Positions 28,091 through 38,783 of a stretch of DNA of 64,000 nt are shown in pieces. Under the pieces are notes generated by a model that ran no database searches, was not told the DNA's origin, and saw only the letters and a program-made list of their open reading frames with translations. Location: the NCBI GenBank assembly GCA_043805735.1, contig JAZDHS010000024.1, forward strand, positions 2,792 to 66,791, given 5' to 3'. How positions within the stretch are numbered: position 1 is the stretch's first letter; every line of letters starts with the position of its first letter. The stretch comes from Candidatus Omnitrophota bacterium (GTDB lineage Bacteria; Omnitrophota; Gorgyraeia; JAFGHF01). Both the position numbers and the translations under genes were made by a program.

Positions 28091-28746
28091 AAGATCCCTT
28101 CCTAGATCTGCGCCAACAAATGGTAGAAGAGCAATTGGCCAACCGCGACATTCGTGATCAGCGGGTATTAGCGGCCTGCCAAAAAGTTCCGCGCCATAAA
28201 TTTGTGCCTAAGGCGTATAGCGCCAAGGCCTACCAGGATTACCCCTTGCCGATCGGAGAAGAGCAAACCATTTCCCAGCCTTATATGGTGGCGCTGATGA
28301 CGCAGTGCCTTGGGCTTTCGGGCCAAGAAAAGGTGTTGGAAATCGGTACCGGTTCAGGTTATCAAACGGCGTTATTAGCCGAGCTGGCTCAACAGGTGTA
28401 CAGCGTTGAACGCTTGCCGGCTTTAGCGGAAAAAGCCCAGCTGGTCCTGGCGGAATTAGGCTACCGCAATATTGAAATTAAAGCCGGGGACGGGACTCAA
28501 GGGTGGCCGCAACACGGCCCCTTTGACGCAATTATTGTTACTGCCGGCGCTCCGGATATACCGGCTCCGTTAATCGAACAGTTAAAGGAGGGGGGCCGGC
28601 TAGTTATTCCTTTGGGAGGGCGCTTCACTCAGACGCTGGCGGTGGTCACGAAGAATAAACAGGGTACGCTCAGACAAGATTGGTGCGGATGCATCTTTGT
28701 TCCTCTGGTCGGACGATACGGATGGGGAGAGGAAAATGCTCAGTAA
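28087..28746 (+). CDS. pcm: Protein-L-isoaspartate O-methyltransferase
   Basis: 219 aa; VLEIGTGSGYQTALLAEL SAM motif. Confidence 0.85.
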   Translation: MKDPFLDLRQQMVEEQLANRDIRDQRVLAACQKVPRHKFVPKAYSAKAYQDYPLPIGEEQTISQPYMVALMTQCLGLSGQEKVLEIGTGSGYQTALLAELAQQVYSVERLPALAEKAQLVLAELGYRNIEIKAGDGTQGWPQHGPFDAIIVTAGAPDIPAPLIEQLKEGGRLVIPLGGRFTQTLAVVTKNKQGTLRQDWCGCIFVPLVGRYGWGEENAQ

Positions 28747-29248
28747 ACTCTTGCTGTTAATAAAAGATTTACCGCACGAAGCCATCACGCTGATCATTGC
28801 CGCGCTGCCGCTGGCCGAGTTAAGAGGGTCAATACCAGTGGCATTGCTTACTCTTAAAGAGCCGATAGCGAAAACATTTATCCTTTCAGTGATCGGTAAT
28901 CTTCTGCCCATTATTCCGTTTTTATTGCTGTTAGAGCCGCTTTCCGAAAAATTACGCCACTTTCGGCTTTGGCGTAATTTTTTTGACTATCTCTTTGAGC
29001 AAACGAAAAAAAAGGCAGCGTTAATAGAGAAGTACGAAGCCGTTGGCTTGATGCTGTTTGTGGCCGTGCCTTTACCGATGACCGGGGCCTGGTCAGGATG
29101 CATTGCCGCGTCGCTATTTAAGATCCGCTTCCGCTATGCCTTATTAGCAATAACCTTAGGTGTAATTATCGCCGGCGTCATCGTCACCGCGGTTACTCTC
29201 ATCGGTAAGGGGATATTCATAAAGCTATTTTTGGCACCTACGGCATAA
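28736..29248 (+). CDS. Small multidrug export-like membrane protein (COG2426-like)
   Basis: MLSKLLLLIKDLPHEAITLIIAALPLAELRG...; GGGGAGAGG SD; overlaps pcm stop. Confidence 0.5.
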   Translation: MLSKLLLLIKDLPHEAITLIIAALPLAELRGSIPVALLTLKEPIAKTFILSVIGNLLPIIPFLLLLEPLSEKLRHFRLWRNFFDYLFEQTKKKAALIEKYEAVGLMLFVAVPLPMTGAWSGCIAASLFKIRFRYALLAITLGVIIAGVIVTAVTLIGKGIFIKLFLAPTA

Positions 29249-29263
29249 AAGAGGGTCTCGGCT

Positions 29264-29839
29264 GTGCCACTGCCAGCGAAAAAAAAATTCGACCTTGTCA
29301 ACTGGGTCTGCCTGGGTATTTTGGGGCCACTTTTTTTAGGTGTCTTTACATATTGCCCGTTTAAGATGCCTTTTATCTACTGCGCGCTCTGTCCCGTACG
29401 CTGTCCTTGGTTTTACTTACGGGGCTATGTCTTGGCGGGAGCGCTGGTCTTAAATGTCCGCCAAAACCTTTTTTGCGCACGGATCTGCCCTTATGGTACG
29501 CTGCAAGTAGCGCTGGCTAAAATTAGCCATAAAAAGATCGTCCTGCCCGCCGCCTTACGTTATGCTCAATGGGGTAGCATTGTCCTTTTGGCGCTCTTAG
29601 TATGGACTAGCTTTCATCCCCAGCTAATCGCAACCACCATCGCCGGCATTAGTCTAGGAACGCTGGCAATCATTAAAATGAGATGGTTATTATTGGGCTT
29701 GTTTACCTTAAGCATCTTGCTCAGTATTATTAATTATCGTTGCTTTTGTAATCACCTTTGTCCGGTGAGAACGATCAGCGGATTTCTCCATCGCCTGGGC
29801 TTTAAACGACGTAGAGGAAATGATGTTTTCAACGGATAG
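29264..29839 (+). CDS. Cysteine-rich integral membrane protein (possible 4Fe-4S ferredoxin-type membrane protein)
   Basis: 191 aa; CALCPVRCP, CARICPYG, CFCNHLCP motifs. Confidence 0.4.
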   Translation: MPLPAKKKFDLVNWVCLGILGPLFLGVFTYCPFKMPFIYCALCPVRCPWFYLRGYVLAGALVLNVRQNLFCARICPYGTLQVALAKISHKKIVLPAALRYAQWGSIVLLALLVWTSFHPQLIATTIAGISLGTLAIIKMRWLLLGLFTLSILLSIINYRCFCNHLCPVRTISGFLHRLGFKRRRGNDVFNG

Positions 29840-30473
29840 AACCTTAAGCCTTTCTCTTTTGGTTTCGCTGATTTTTCATCTCTTTATCTTTCTGCCCCTA
29901 CCCATACTACGCTACCAACCGCAGTCAAGGAGCGAACTGCCGCTGGAAGTTACTTATGTCGTCCTGGCCCAAGCCGCGGCTAAAAAGACACCGCCAGCGC
30001 CCAAACCAGCAAATTCAGCTCAAGATACTGCCGCTTCAACCAAACTAACGGTCCAGGCCCAGGCAGTAGAGCCACCGCCAATCCCTACGCCGGTGATACA
30101 ATCAGCGCCCGCGGTTATTCCGGCAAAAAGCGAGGCCGAAACAATTGAAATTCCCCCGGACTTGCCTAAGGAAAAAGAGGGCACTTATATTGATTATTAT
30201 CAATCGATCCGTGAAAAAATCCGGCTTTTTGTCGAAAAAAATTATCCCCGTTTTATCGATTACGGCGAGGTCTGCCTCTATTTTGTGCTCCAGCCTAATG
30301 GAAAACTGGCGCAAATGCAGGTGCTTAAAGAAAGATCAACCGCCAACAATCAACTCATTGACATTGTCAAACGCAGCGTCAAACAAGCGGCTCCTTTTCC
30401 GGCCTTCCCGCAAAATTTAAGCTCGGAACAGCTTTCCTTCAATGTCACCGTATCGTTCGAACGGGCCGAATAG
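29820..30473 (+). CDS. TonB-family energy transducer
   Basis: N-terminal TM, Pro-rich spacer (PPAPKP...PPPIPTP), C-terminal TonB domain. Confidence 0.65.
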   Translation: MMFSTDRTLSLSLLVSLIFHLFIFLPLPILRYQPQSRSELPLEVTYVVLAQAAAKKTPPAPKPANSAQDTAASTKLTVQAQAVEPPPIPTPVIQSAPAVIPAKSEAETIEIPPDLPKEKEGTYIDYYQSIREKIRLFVEKNYPRFIDYGEVCLYFVLQPNGKLAQMQVLKERSTANNQLIDIVKRSVKQAAPFPAFPQNLSSEQLSFNVTVSFERAE

Positions 30474-30491
30474 CAAAGGGTTAAAATCTAT

Positions 30492-30520
30492 TTGCTATTT
30501 GCCAAAAACAATGGTATACT
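30492..30520 (+). promoter_or_regulatory. Promoter TTGCTA-17-TATACT
   Basis: Read directly; AGGAG SD and ATG 30548 follow. Confidence 0.45.
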
Positions 30521-30547
30521 GAAAATTCCCGAAAGGAGCGATAAAAA

Positions 30548-30745
30548 ATGGCACCGCAAGAAAAAAAAGTCGGCGCGCAAACTTTCGGCGCGGTGGTAAA
30601 AGTGCTGATCGGCCTGGGGTTACTGATACTGGGCTGCCAACTTATCTGGATCTGGAAAAATGAAGTCCTGGCGGTCATTAAAGGCTTCGTGGGAATAACG
30701 GTGATTTTAGCCGGGGTAATCTTTTTAGCCATCGCCAAGGAATAA
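30548..30745 (+). CDS. Small membrane protein (65 aa, 2 TM)
   Basis: Hydrophobic; good SD. Confidence 0.4.
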   Translation: MAPQEKKVGAQTFGAVVKVLIGLGLLILGCQLIWIWKNEVLAVIKGFVGITVILAGVIFLAIAKE

Positions 30746-30784
30746 GACAGTTTAAAAAATCGTTAAAGGAAAGAAGGGATAAAG

Positions 30785-30940
30785 ATGCCCAGAGTGGAAA
30801 TAAAGGAGGGCGAGCCGCTGGAAAAGGCGCTGCGCAGGTTTAAGCGTAAGATCGAACGGGAAGGAATTCTCAAACAAATTAAGGCGCGCAAACATTATGA
30901 AAAACCTAGCGAGCGCAAGCGTAGAAGAAACAAACAATAA
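30785..30940 (+). CDS. rpsU: 30S ribosomal protein S21 (not in ORF track; <60 aa)
   Basis: Manual translation MPRVEIKEGEPLEKALRRFKRKIEREGILKQIKARKHYEKPSERKRRRNKQ*. Confidence 0.8.
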   Translation: MPRVEIKEGEPLEKALRRFKRKIEREGILKQIKARKHYEKPSERKRRRNKQ

Positions 30941-33623
30941 TTTTTCACTGAGCCACAGAGGAGCCTCTTTATTAGGGCGTAGCCTGTGGCTTTTATTTTG
31001 CTGTTATTTATTTAGTGCTTACTATAATCCTCATTGTGTAGCCACCGAGCCACCCGGCGCTAAGCCGCTTTTCGCTCAAGAGGGCGTCATCCGCCACGAG
31101 CTCGGTAACGGGATGACGGTATTCTTAAAAGCGAATCACACTGTGCCGCTGGTGAACATCTTCTTATGTGTTCGTTCGGGCAGTGCCCAAGAGGCCGAAT
31201 TAGCCGGTAGCGGCGTTTCTCATCTTATCGAACATATGGTCTTTAAAGGGACCGCGACCCGCGGGGCGGGAGAAATCTTCCGCGAGATTGAGTCTTACGG
31301 CGCAACGATTAACGCCTTTACCAGTTATGATTATACCGGCTATACCATTACGGTGCCGCGCGAACATACTCCAGCGGCCTTGGCGGTGCTGGCCGATATG
31401 CTCATCAATGCGGCCTTTGCCCCCGAAGAGTTGGTGAAGGAAAAAGAGGTCGTGTTAAAAGAAATAAAAATGAATCGCGACGACCCCGAGCGTTATGTCA
31501 ACCGGCTGCTTTGGGAAATGGCGTATACAACGCACCCCTACAGATTGCCGATTCTCGGAGAAGAGCAGGCCTTTGCCGCCTTGGATCGTGCGGCTATTAT
31601 TAATTTTTATCAAAACGCCTACGTTCCCGAAAAAATGGTGCTGAGCATCGTCGGCGATATCGATACTGATCAATGCCTGCCTTTGGTCCGGGAAATCTGG
31701 GGAGGTTTTAGTCGCGCTAGCGCACCGGCATCAGCTATTGCCGTTGAACCGGAACAAACCACACTGCGTACAACAGAGGTCGAATTCACCGCCAGCCTGA
31801 CATACTTGACGCTGGGGTATCACAGCGTGGCGATTACTGACGAAGACCTGTTTGCCTTGGATGTAGCGGCAACGATTTTAGGGGCAGGGGAAAGCTCGCG
31901 GCTGTATAATCTGCTCTATCGCCAAAAAGAACTTGTTTACAGTATCGGGGCCTTAAATTATACTCCGCGTTTTAGCGGGCTGTTTATTATTTCGGCATTG
32001 TTAGAAGAGTCCCATCGTGAAGAAGCCGTAGCGCTCATCTTCGATCAGATCGCCCAATTGCAGAATTCGCTGGTAAGCGCCGACGAGGTTGAAGCGGCCA
32101 AAAACAAAATCGTCAGCGATATTCTATTTTCCCTGCAAACCCTCTCCGACCAGGCCCAAGACCTGGCGCTCAATGAAGTATTAACGAACAACGTGCGCTT
32201 TACCGAAACTTACCTGGAAAATATCGAGCGCGTTGGCCCTGAAGATGTTCAAAGGGTGGCCCAAAAATATTTACAGCAATCAAGGTTAACGATCGCGGCG
32301 CTGAAGCCCCTGGCTAAAGCAAAAAGCCCGGCTGAGCGGCCGATACGAAAAAAGTTTATCCTGGGCCTAGAGCAGCTTTCCGCAAATGAAGAGCATAACG
32401 ACGTAAAGAGATTCACTTTAGATAACGGCATTACCCTTTTAGTCAGCGAAAATAAAGATACGCCGCTGGCCACAATCTGCGCCGTTTTTCAAGGAGGCCT
32501 GCGCGCGGAAGACGAAAAGACTAATGGAATATCCAATCTGATGGTTAAGCTGCTGGATAAGGGTACGAAAACCCGGGATGCTGAAGAAATTGCCCGCCAG
32601 ATTGAGTCGAAAGGCGCGCATTTATCCGCCTACAGCGGGTACAACAGTTTCTTGATCACTCTCGACTTATTAAGCCGAGATCTGGACCAAATGCTGCCGC
32701 TATTGGCGCAATTGATCCTTAACCCCATTTTTCCACAGCACGAACTGGACCGGCAGAAAGAGCAAAACCTGGCGCAGATAAAAGCCCAGGAAGACAATTT
32801 ATTTGAATCGGGAAACTTAACCCTTAAGCAAGCCTTATTCCAAAAACATCCTTACCGTTTTCAGCCGCTGGGCAACAAGAAATCACTCAAGCGATTAACC
32901 CGATCTGACATTAGCGCATTTTACCAGAAGTACTGTGTCGGTAAAAACATGGTCCTGGCTATTTTTGGCGATGTCAACACCGATACGGTAGTCGCACAGG
33001 CACGCGAGTATTTTGCTACTTTGCCGGCGGGAGAAAAGGCCTTGATATTTGCGCCAAAAGAAGAAAAACGGGCCGTGCGTACGGCAACAGTACTGATGCC
33101 TAAACAACAAAGCCTGGTGCTGATGGGCTTTCCGGGAACTACTGTTTATAGCGATGATAAATTTGCCCTGGAAATAATCTGCCAAATTCTTTCTCAGTCT
33201 TCGGGACGGCTTTTTAATCAAATCCGGGAACAAAATGCTCAAGCCTACACCCTGGGGGCGCATCAAGTCACCGGCCTCGATCCGGGATCAATAGTAATAT
33301 ACGTGGCGACCACTCAAGAAAATGTGCCCACGGTAACCGAGACACTGCGGGCACAACTGGCCCAACTAGCCGCAGCACCTTTAAGCGCGGCCGAGTTGGC
33401 TCAAGCTAAAAGGGCACTGGTGAGCGAAAAATTAATCGGGCGCCAGACCAATACCGCCCGGGCCTTAGAAGGCGCTCTCGATGAACTTTATAGCCTGGGC
33501 TACGATTATTACCGCAGCTATGCCGAGCATATTAACGCGGTCGATGCCCAAACTGTCCAGCGTTGCGCCACCACCTATTTTGATTTCAAAAATTATGCCC
33601 TCGTTACTGTTGGGCCTAAATAA
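30897..33623 (+). CDS. Tandem-domain M16 (pitrilysin/insulinase) zinc peptidase; start codon uncertain
   Basis: 908 aa; HLIEHMVFKG HxxEH motif; two M16 halves; only ATG upstream of signal peptide overlaps rpsU by 44 nt. Confidence 0.75.
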   Translation: MKNLASASVEETNNNFSLSHRGASLLGRSLWLLFCCYLFSAYYNPHCVATEPPGAKPLFAQEGVIRHELGNGMTVFLKANHTVPLVNIFLCVRSGSAQEAELAGSGVSHLIEHMVFKGTATRGAGEIFREIESYGATINAFTSYDYTGYTITVPREHTPAALAVLADMLINAAFAPEELVKEKEVVLKEIKMNRDDPERYVNRLLWEMAYTTHPYRLPILGEEQAFAALDRAAIINFYQNAYVPEKMVLSIVGDIDTDQCLPLVREIWGGFSRASAPASAIAVEPEQTTLRTTEVEFTASLTYLTLGYHSVAITDEDLFALDVAATILGAGESSRLYNLLYRQKELVYSIGALNYTPRFSGLFIISALLEESHREEAVALIFDQIAQLQNSLVSADEVEAAKNKIVSDILFSLQTLSDQAQDLALNEVLTNNVRFTETYLENIERVGPEDVQRVAQKYLQQSRLTIAALKPLAKAKSPAERPIRKKFILGLEQLSANEEHNDVKRFTLDNGITLLVSENKDTPLATICAVFQGGLRAEDEKTNGISNLMVKLLDKGTKTRDAEEIARQIESKGAHLSAYSGYNSFLITLDLLSRDLDQMLPLLAQLILNPIFPQHELDRQKEQNLAQIKAQEDNLFESGNLTLKQALFQKHPYRFQPLGNKKSLKRLTRSDISAFYQKYCVGKNMVLAIFGDVNTDTVVAQAREYFATLPAGEKALIFAPKEEKRAVRTATVLMPKQQSLVLMGFPGTTVYSDDKFALEIICQILSQSSGRLFNQIREQNAQAYTLGAHQVTGLDPGSIVIYVATTQENVPTVTETLRAQLAQLAAAPLSAAELAQAKRALVSEKLIGRQTNTARALEGALDELYSLGYDYYRSYAEHINAVDAQTVQRCATTYFDFKNYALVTVGPK

Positions 33624-33631
33624 AAAAGACT

Positions 33632-34549
33632 ATGTTCGCACTTTCTACGTCCTGGAATTCCTGGAAACATCACCATGCCCAAGATATCATTAACGAAATT
33701 AAACCCCTGGGATTTACGCAGGTTGAGCTTAATTTTAGCCTGAGCGAATCACTGGTCCAGGAAATGGGCGAGCTGCAAAAAAAGGGCCTTATCTCTATTG
33801 TATCGGTACATAATTTTTGCCCCATTCCGTTGGGGATATCCCGTAAAGAGGCTTCTCCGGACTCACCATCGCTTTCATCTACGGACGAACAGGAGAGGGC
33901 GTTAGCGGTTAAGTTTACCAAGCGCACTATCGACACTGCGCTCAGGCTAGGCGCCGCTTGTGTCGTACTGCACACCGGCAGAGTGCGGATGCGTGAAAAG
34001 ATTCGCGAGTTGGCGGCTTTGAAAAACAATTCAGAAGAACGAAAGTTCACCGCCCTGAAAAACCGGTTGATCAAAGAACGCAGCGCAAAATCGCCCCGAT
34101 TCTTCAATCAGGTGCTCAAAAGCCTAGATGAACTCTCAGGCTACGCCCTGACGCACAAAATAAAACTAGGCATCGAAAACCGTTTTTATGTCAGCGAGAT
34201 CCCTTTAGGGCAAGAATTGGATCTGTTGTTTGCGCGCTTTCCCTCGCCGCCGGTTTATTACTGGCATGATGTCGGCCATGCCCAGATCTTTGAGTATCTG
34301 GGTTTTTCACGGCAGGAAACAAACTTAGAAAAATTCGCTCACCGGCTGGCCGGAATCCATCTGCATGATGTGCAAGAGATGAGTGACCACCGCGCACCGC
34401 TTACGGGCGCATTTGATTTTTCCCGTCTTCGGCCATATATGCAACGAGAGCTGATTAAGGTTATGGAAGTGCATCATCCCAGCACCAAAGAAGAAATTAT
34501 CCGCGGGCTCGACCACTTAAAGAAAGTCTTTTCCGAGGTAACGAGATGA
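33632..34549 (+). CDS. Xylose-isomerase-like TIM-barrel sugar phosphate isomerase/epimerase
   Basis: 305 aa; family-level only. Confidence 0.55.
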   Translation: MFALSTSWNSWKHHHAQDIINEIKPLGFTQVELNFSLSESLVQEMGELQKKGLISIVSVHNFCPIPLGISRKEASPDSPSLSSTDEQERALAVKFTKRTIDTALRLGAACVVLHTGRVRMREKIRELAALKNNSEERKFTALKNRLIKERSAKSPRFFNQVLKSLDELSGYALTHKIKLGIENRFYVSEIPLGQELDLLFARFPSPPVYYWHDVGHAQIFEYLGFSRQETNLEKFAHRLAGIHLHDVQEMSDHRAPLTGAFDFSRLRPYMQRELIKVMEVHHPSTKEEIIRGLDHLKKVFSEVTR

Positions 34550-35346
34550 TTCGCCAGGCTTATGTTTCCGGACAGTTTTATCCGGCCGATGTTGCCGGTT
34601 TAAAAAAACAGCTGGAAACTTTTATTGAGAAAAAAGTAAAAAAAGAAAATGCGCTGGGCATTGTTGCGCCTCACGCCGGGTATATGTATTCGGGACCGGT
34701 GGCCGGTGCCTGTTATTCGCGCATTCGCGTCACCCCAACCGTAGTGATTATCGGACCCAACCATACGGGGATGGGTGAGCCTTTTAGCCTGATGAGTAAG
34801 GGAACGTGGCAAATGCCGCTGGGTAATGTCGAAATCAATACTGAACTGGCAGAGGCGATCCGACGGCGCTCTAAGTACCTGCAGCAAGACTCCCAGGCCC
34901 ACCTCCATGAACACTCGATCGAGGTGCAGATTCCTTTCCTGCAGTATTTTCTGCCGGAAGTGCGAATTGTGCCGCTTATTCTGGCTGGCGCGGACTTCGC
35001 GGTGTATGCCGAAATCGGAGCAGCCATCGCCGGGGCAATCAAGGAAAACAAGCCTGCGCTGATAGTCGCCTCAAGCGACATGACTCATTATCTGCCCCAT
35101 GAAAAAGCAAAAAGCCTGGATGCGCTGGCTATTGAGCGCATCCTTAAACTTGATGTCCAGGGATTATTGGATCTGGTCAAAGAAAAAAACATCTCAATGT
35201 GCGGATACGGTCCGGTAGCCTGCATGCTCTCGGCGGTGAAAGAACTTAAAGGCCGCGGCGCGCAGTTAATAAAATATCAGACCAGCGGCGAAACCGGGGG
35301 CGATTATTCGTCAGTGGTAGGATACGCGGGAATCGTGGTGAAATAA
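34546..35346 (+). CDS. AmmeMemoRadiSam system protein B (MEMO1 family)
   Basis: 266 aa; MIRQAYVSGQFYP...APHAGYMYSG. Confidence 0.75.
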   Translation: MIRQAYVSGQFYPADVAGLKKQLETFIEKKVKKENALGIVAPHAGYMYSGPVAGACYSRIRVTPTVVIIGPNHTGMGEPFSLMSKGTWQMPLGNVEINTELAEAIRRRSKYLQQDSQAHLHEHSIEVQIPFLQYFLPEVRIVPLILAGADFAVYAEIGAAIAGAIKENKPALIVASSDMTHYLPHEKAKSLDALAIERILKLDVQGLLDLVKEKNISMCGYGPVACMLSAVKELKGRGAQLIKYQTSGETGGDYSSVVGYAGIVVK

Positions 35347-35348
35347 CG

Positions 35349-36320
35349 ATGAATAGCCTTTTACTAATTTTGCTCATTATCCTAAGCTTTGCCGGTGCGC
35401 TTTGGGCAACGATCTTGCTGATTAAGCTTCTCAAGCCGCCAAAGCCAGAGATTTCTTTGCCGGAGCTGATGAAGGTGCTGGCCGATGTCGGCGCGCTTAA
35501 GGCCACCTTGCAAACCGTAGAAGGCGGGCAAAGAGACCTCTCGCTCTCAATTAAAGAAACGCAAAGAGTAACTGACAGCATCAAAACTGACTACGACTCC
35601 AGGAAACGGTTCTTTGAAGAATTACACAGTTCCATTGAAAGAATGGAACAAACCATCTCCGGGACAAAAAGAAGGGGAGAGGCGGGAGAAAATATCCTCC
35701 AGGATATACTTAAATCTTTCCCACCGCAAATGATTGCCCGGGGTTTTCGCATCGGCGGCAAAGAGGTGGAATTTGCGCTGGTCTTAAGTAACGAAAAGGT
35801 GGTACCGCTAGATTCTAAATGGGCCGCCCAGGAACTGCTCAAACAATTCGCTCAAGAATCTGACCCGCAGCAACAATTGGCGATCGGTATAAAAATTGAA
35901 AATGAAATCAATAAACGGGTAAGTGAAGTGGCACAATACATTGATCCCGCGCGTACTGTCCCCTGGGCCGTCGCGGCAATTCCTGATGCCGCTTTTGCGG
36001 TTTGCCGCCGGGCCCATCTCGATGCCTACCGCAGAGGCGTCATTGTCATTCCTTACAGCTTAGTCGTGCCTTATCTTTTGACACTGTTTAATCTACACCT
36101 GCAATATGCCGGCACAATTGATGTCGAAAATCTACAGCAGTATATTCTTAATATTAAACGCCAGCTTGAAGAAATGGAAAACATCCTGGAAAACAGCATT
36201 GTCCGCGCAATTAAAATGATCAGCAATGCCGCCAATGAATACCGCCAGGCCCTGGGTTCTATTCGCGGCAATCTACTAAATTTACAGCCACCCAAAGGCA
36301 ATACTGATGAAAAACCCTAA
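35349..36320 (+). CDS. rmuC: DNA recombination protein RmuC (short form)
   Basis: N-terminal TM, coiled coil, RRGEAGENILQDIL and PWAVAAIPDAAF...VIVIPYSLV motifs. Confidence 0.6.
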   Translation: MNSLLLILLIILSFAGALWATILLIKLLKPPKPEISLPELMKVLADVGALKATLQTVEGGQRDLSLSIKETQRVTDSIKTDYDSRKRFFEELHSSIERMEQTISGTKRRGEAGENILQDILKSFPPQMIARGFRIGGKEVEFALVLSNEKVVPLDSKWAAQELLKQFAQESDPQQQLAIGIKIENEINKRVSEVAQYIDPARTVPWAVAAIPDAAFAVCRRAHLDAYRRGVIVIPYSLVVPYLLTLFNLHLQYAGTIDVENLQQYILNIKRQLEEMENILENSIVRAIKMISNAANEYRQALGSIRGNLLNLQPPKGNTDEKP

Positions 36321-37260
36321 ACTATTGCTTATTTTGCGCCTGGCCGTGAGCCTATTTCTGCTGCTGCTGTTATTTTGGCTGGCCCGAGAACATCTTGGCA
36401 AAATCGGGGAACTTTTAAAAAATGTGAACCTCGGCTATTACGTCCTGGGATTGTTATTTTTTGTTCTTACCATTGTCATTCTCTGTTGGAGGCTGCAGAT
36501 CCTTTTAAGCGTCCAGGGATGCAACGTTTTTTCCTTCCAGGATATATTTTCGCTCAATCTGATCGGTTATTTTTTTACTAATTTTATGCCGACCTCGATC
36601 GGCGGCGATTTAGTCAAAGGTTTTTTTATTGCGCAAAAAATTAATAATAAGACCCTGGCCTACGCCACTATCTTTATCGACCGCGTAGTCGGGACGCTCT
36701 CTCTTGCGCTAATTGCCGCTTCGGCGTTAGTAGCTACCCACAAAGAAATTGAATATCCCTTTATTTTTTGGGCGGTCGGGTTTTTGCTTTTTATCAGCCT
36801 AGTGGTTATAACGTTTTTATTGAATAAAAGACTCTCACAGCAGATCAGCAACCGTTTTGGCCTAAAGCACTTATTGCGCATTTTAAAAATCGACGCCTTA
36901 GCAAAGAAGGCCTATGAAGCAATGCATATTTACGCCCACTACAAAAGACAAATGCTGATGGCTTTTCTGATTTCCCTGGCTGCCCATTTTATTACTTTTA
37001 CCTCAGTGCTTTTTCTGGCGCTCAGCCTGGGGGCGCATACCCCTTACGTAAAAATACTCTTAGCGGTGCCGGTAATCTCAATACTCTGCATGCTGCCGAT
37101 CACCTTAAATGGCCTGGGCCTGCGCGAATGGGCCTTTGTTTTTTTCTTCCGTACTGATATTGGCGAACCGGCCGCGCTTTCGCTTTCATTATTGCTTCTG
37201 TCGCTGTTTCTTTTAGTAAGCGTATTTGGCGGTATTGTCTATTTACTCAAGAAAGCTTAA
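36307..37260 (+). CDS. UPF0104 / lysylphosphatidylglycerol-synthase-TM-like flippase-family membrane protein
   Basis: 317 aa, ~8 TM. Confidence 0.55.
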   Translation: MKNPKLLLILRLAVSLFLLLLLFWLAREHLGKIGELLKNVNLGYYVLGLLFFVLTIVILCWRLQILLSVQGCNVFSFQDIFSLNLIGYFFTNFMPTSIGGDLVKGFFIAQKINNKTLAYATIFIDRVVGTLSLALIAASALVATHKEIEYPFIFWAVGFLLFISLVVITFLLNKRLSQQISNRFGLKHLLRILKIDALAKKAYEAMHIYAHYKRQMLMAFLISLAAHFITFTSVLFLALSLGAHTPYVKILLAVPVISILCMLPITLNGLGLREWAFVFFFRTDIGEPAALSLSLLLLSLFLLVSVFGGIVYLLKKA

Positions 37261-37275
37261 AAAGGGGGAAGGGTA

Positions 37276-37716
37276 ATGGCAAAAATTTTAGTGATCCACG
37301 GACCAAATCTTAATTTGTTGGGAAAACGCCAGCCCGAGGTTTACGGAACATTTACGCTGGAGGAAATCAACACTCAATTAAAGACCTTGGCCAAAAAGCA
37401 CAAAGTTAAGCTTGATTTTGTACATTCTAACCATGAAGGGGAAATTGTTGACGCCATCGGAAAGGCGAAGAAATCCTATGCCGCGCTATTAATTAATCCG
37501 GCGGCCTACACGCACACCAGTGTCGCTATACGCGATGCGATCGAAGCGGTTAAGCTCCCCACGGTTGAGGTACATCTCTCTAACATCTACGCACGTGAAG
37601 AATTTCGCCACCATTCGCTAATTGCCCCAGTAGCCAAAGGGCAAATTTGCGGTTTTGGCATTAATAGCTACCTCTTAGGACTGGAAGCGGCAATCCGGCT
37701 GGTAAAAAAGAAATGA
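37276..37716 (+). CDS. aroQ: 3-dehydroquinate dehydratase type II
   Basis: [24 protein letters not shown]. Confidence 0.9.
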   Translation: MAKILVIHGPNLNLLGKRQPEVYGTFTLEEINTQLKTLAKKHKVKLDFVHSNHEGEIVDAIGKAKKSYAALLINPAAYTHTSVAIRDAIEAVKLPTVEVHLSNIYAREEFRHHSLIAPVAKGQICGFGINSYLLGLEAAIRLVKKK

Positions 37717-38762
37717 ACCTTTTGGGATTAAATAAAATCCGGGCACTTTTAGAACGCGATAGGCTCGATGGCCTGGTCGTCACCAAGCCGACGAATGTAT
37801 CTTACCTAAGCGACTTTACGGGTGAGGGGCAGCTGTTAATTTCTTCCACGCGCCAATTTCTGATTACCGATTTTCGCTTTCAGCAAGAAGCCTGGCAGGA
37901 AATCAAATCCTTTCAACTACTACCCAGAGAAAGCTTTGTCCCTTTAGAAGAAACCCTGGCTAACGCCGTAAAAAAGTTAAAAATTAAACGGTTGGGCTTT
38001 GAGGCCAATAACCTTTCCTTTTCTTTTTATCAAAAATTACTCAAGGCCTGCCCGCAAATTACTTTAGTGCCCACCCAGGAGCTGATTGAGCGCGTGCGGG
38101 CGATTAAAACCGCGCGCGAAATTCAGCTCTTGCGTAAAGCCGCGTCCTGCGCGGTAGCGAGTTTTGCCTTCGCCAAAAACATTATCAAAGAGGGTAAAAC
38201 CGAACAGGAAATCGCCGAAGGCATTCTCTATTTTATGAAGAAGAGCGGCGCCGAAACTTGCGCCTTTGACACTATCGTCGCTTCCGGCAAAAGAACGGCC
38301 CTGCCGCATGCCCGCATCAGCACTAAGACAATCAAGAAGAATGAGGCGATTATTGTTGACTTAGGCTGTCTTAAAGACGGCTATAATTCCGACTTGACAA
38401 GGGTAGTCTTTTTGGGTAAAATGAGTGGAAAAATTAAGCGGATTTATGACGTAGTCCTGCGAGCGCAAGAGCTTGCCATTCAAGCAGTAAGAGCCGGCGA
38501 ACCGATTCAAAAAATTGATAAAATCGCCCGCCATTACATCACTAAAGCGGGTTTCGGTCCCTACTTTGGCCACGCCCTAGGACATGGAATTGGAAGAGAA
38601 GTCCACGAGTACCCCGTGATTTCACCCCGCAATCAAGAGGCAATTCAGGAAGGAATGGTCTTCACTATTGAACCGGGAATTTATCTGCCTGGATTAGGGG
38701 GCATTCGCATTGAAGATATGGTGCTGGCGACTAAAACCGGCGCCGAAATACTCACACATTAA
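37713..38762 (+). CDS. M24-family Xaa-Pro aminopeptidase
   Basis: 349 aa; HGIGREVHE metal site motif. Confidence 0.8.
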   Translation: MNLLGLNKIRALLERDRLDGLVVTKPTNVSYLSDFTGEGQLLISSTRQFLITDFRFQQEAWQEIKSFQLLPRESFVPLEETLANAVKKLKIKRLGFEANNLSFSFYQKLLKACPQITLVPTQELIERVRAIKTAREIQLLRKAASCAVASFAFAKNIIKEGKTEQEIAEGILYFMKKSGAETCAFDTIVASGKRTALPHARISTKTIKKNEAIIVDLGCLKDGYNSDLTRVVFLGKMSGKIKRIYDVVLRAQELAIQAVRAGEPIQKIDKIARHYITKAGFGPYFGHALGHGIGREVHEYPVISPRNQEAIQEGMVFTIEPGIYLPGLGGIRIEDMVLATKTGAEILTH

Positions 38763-38783
38763 CACCCGAAAGGTACCCCGCGC

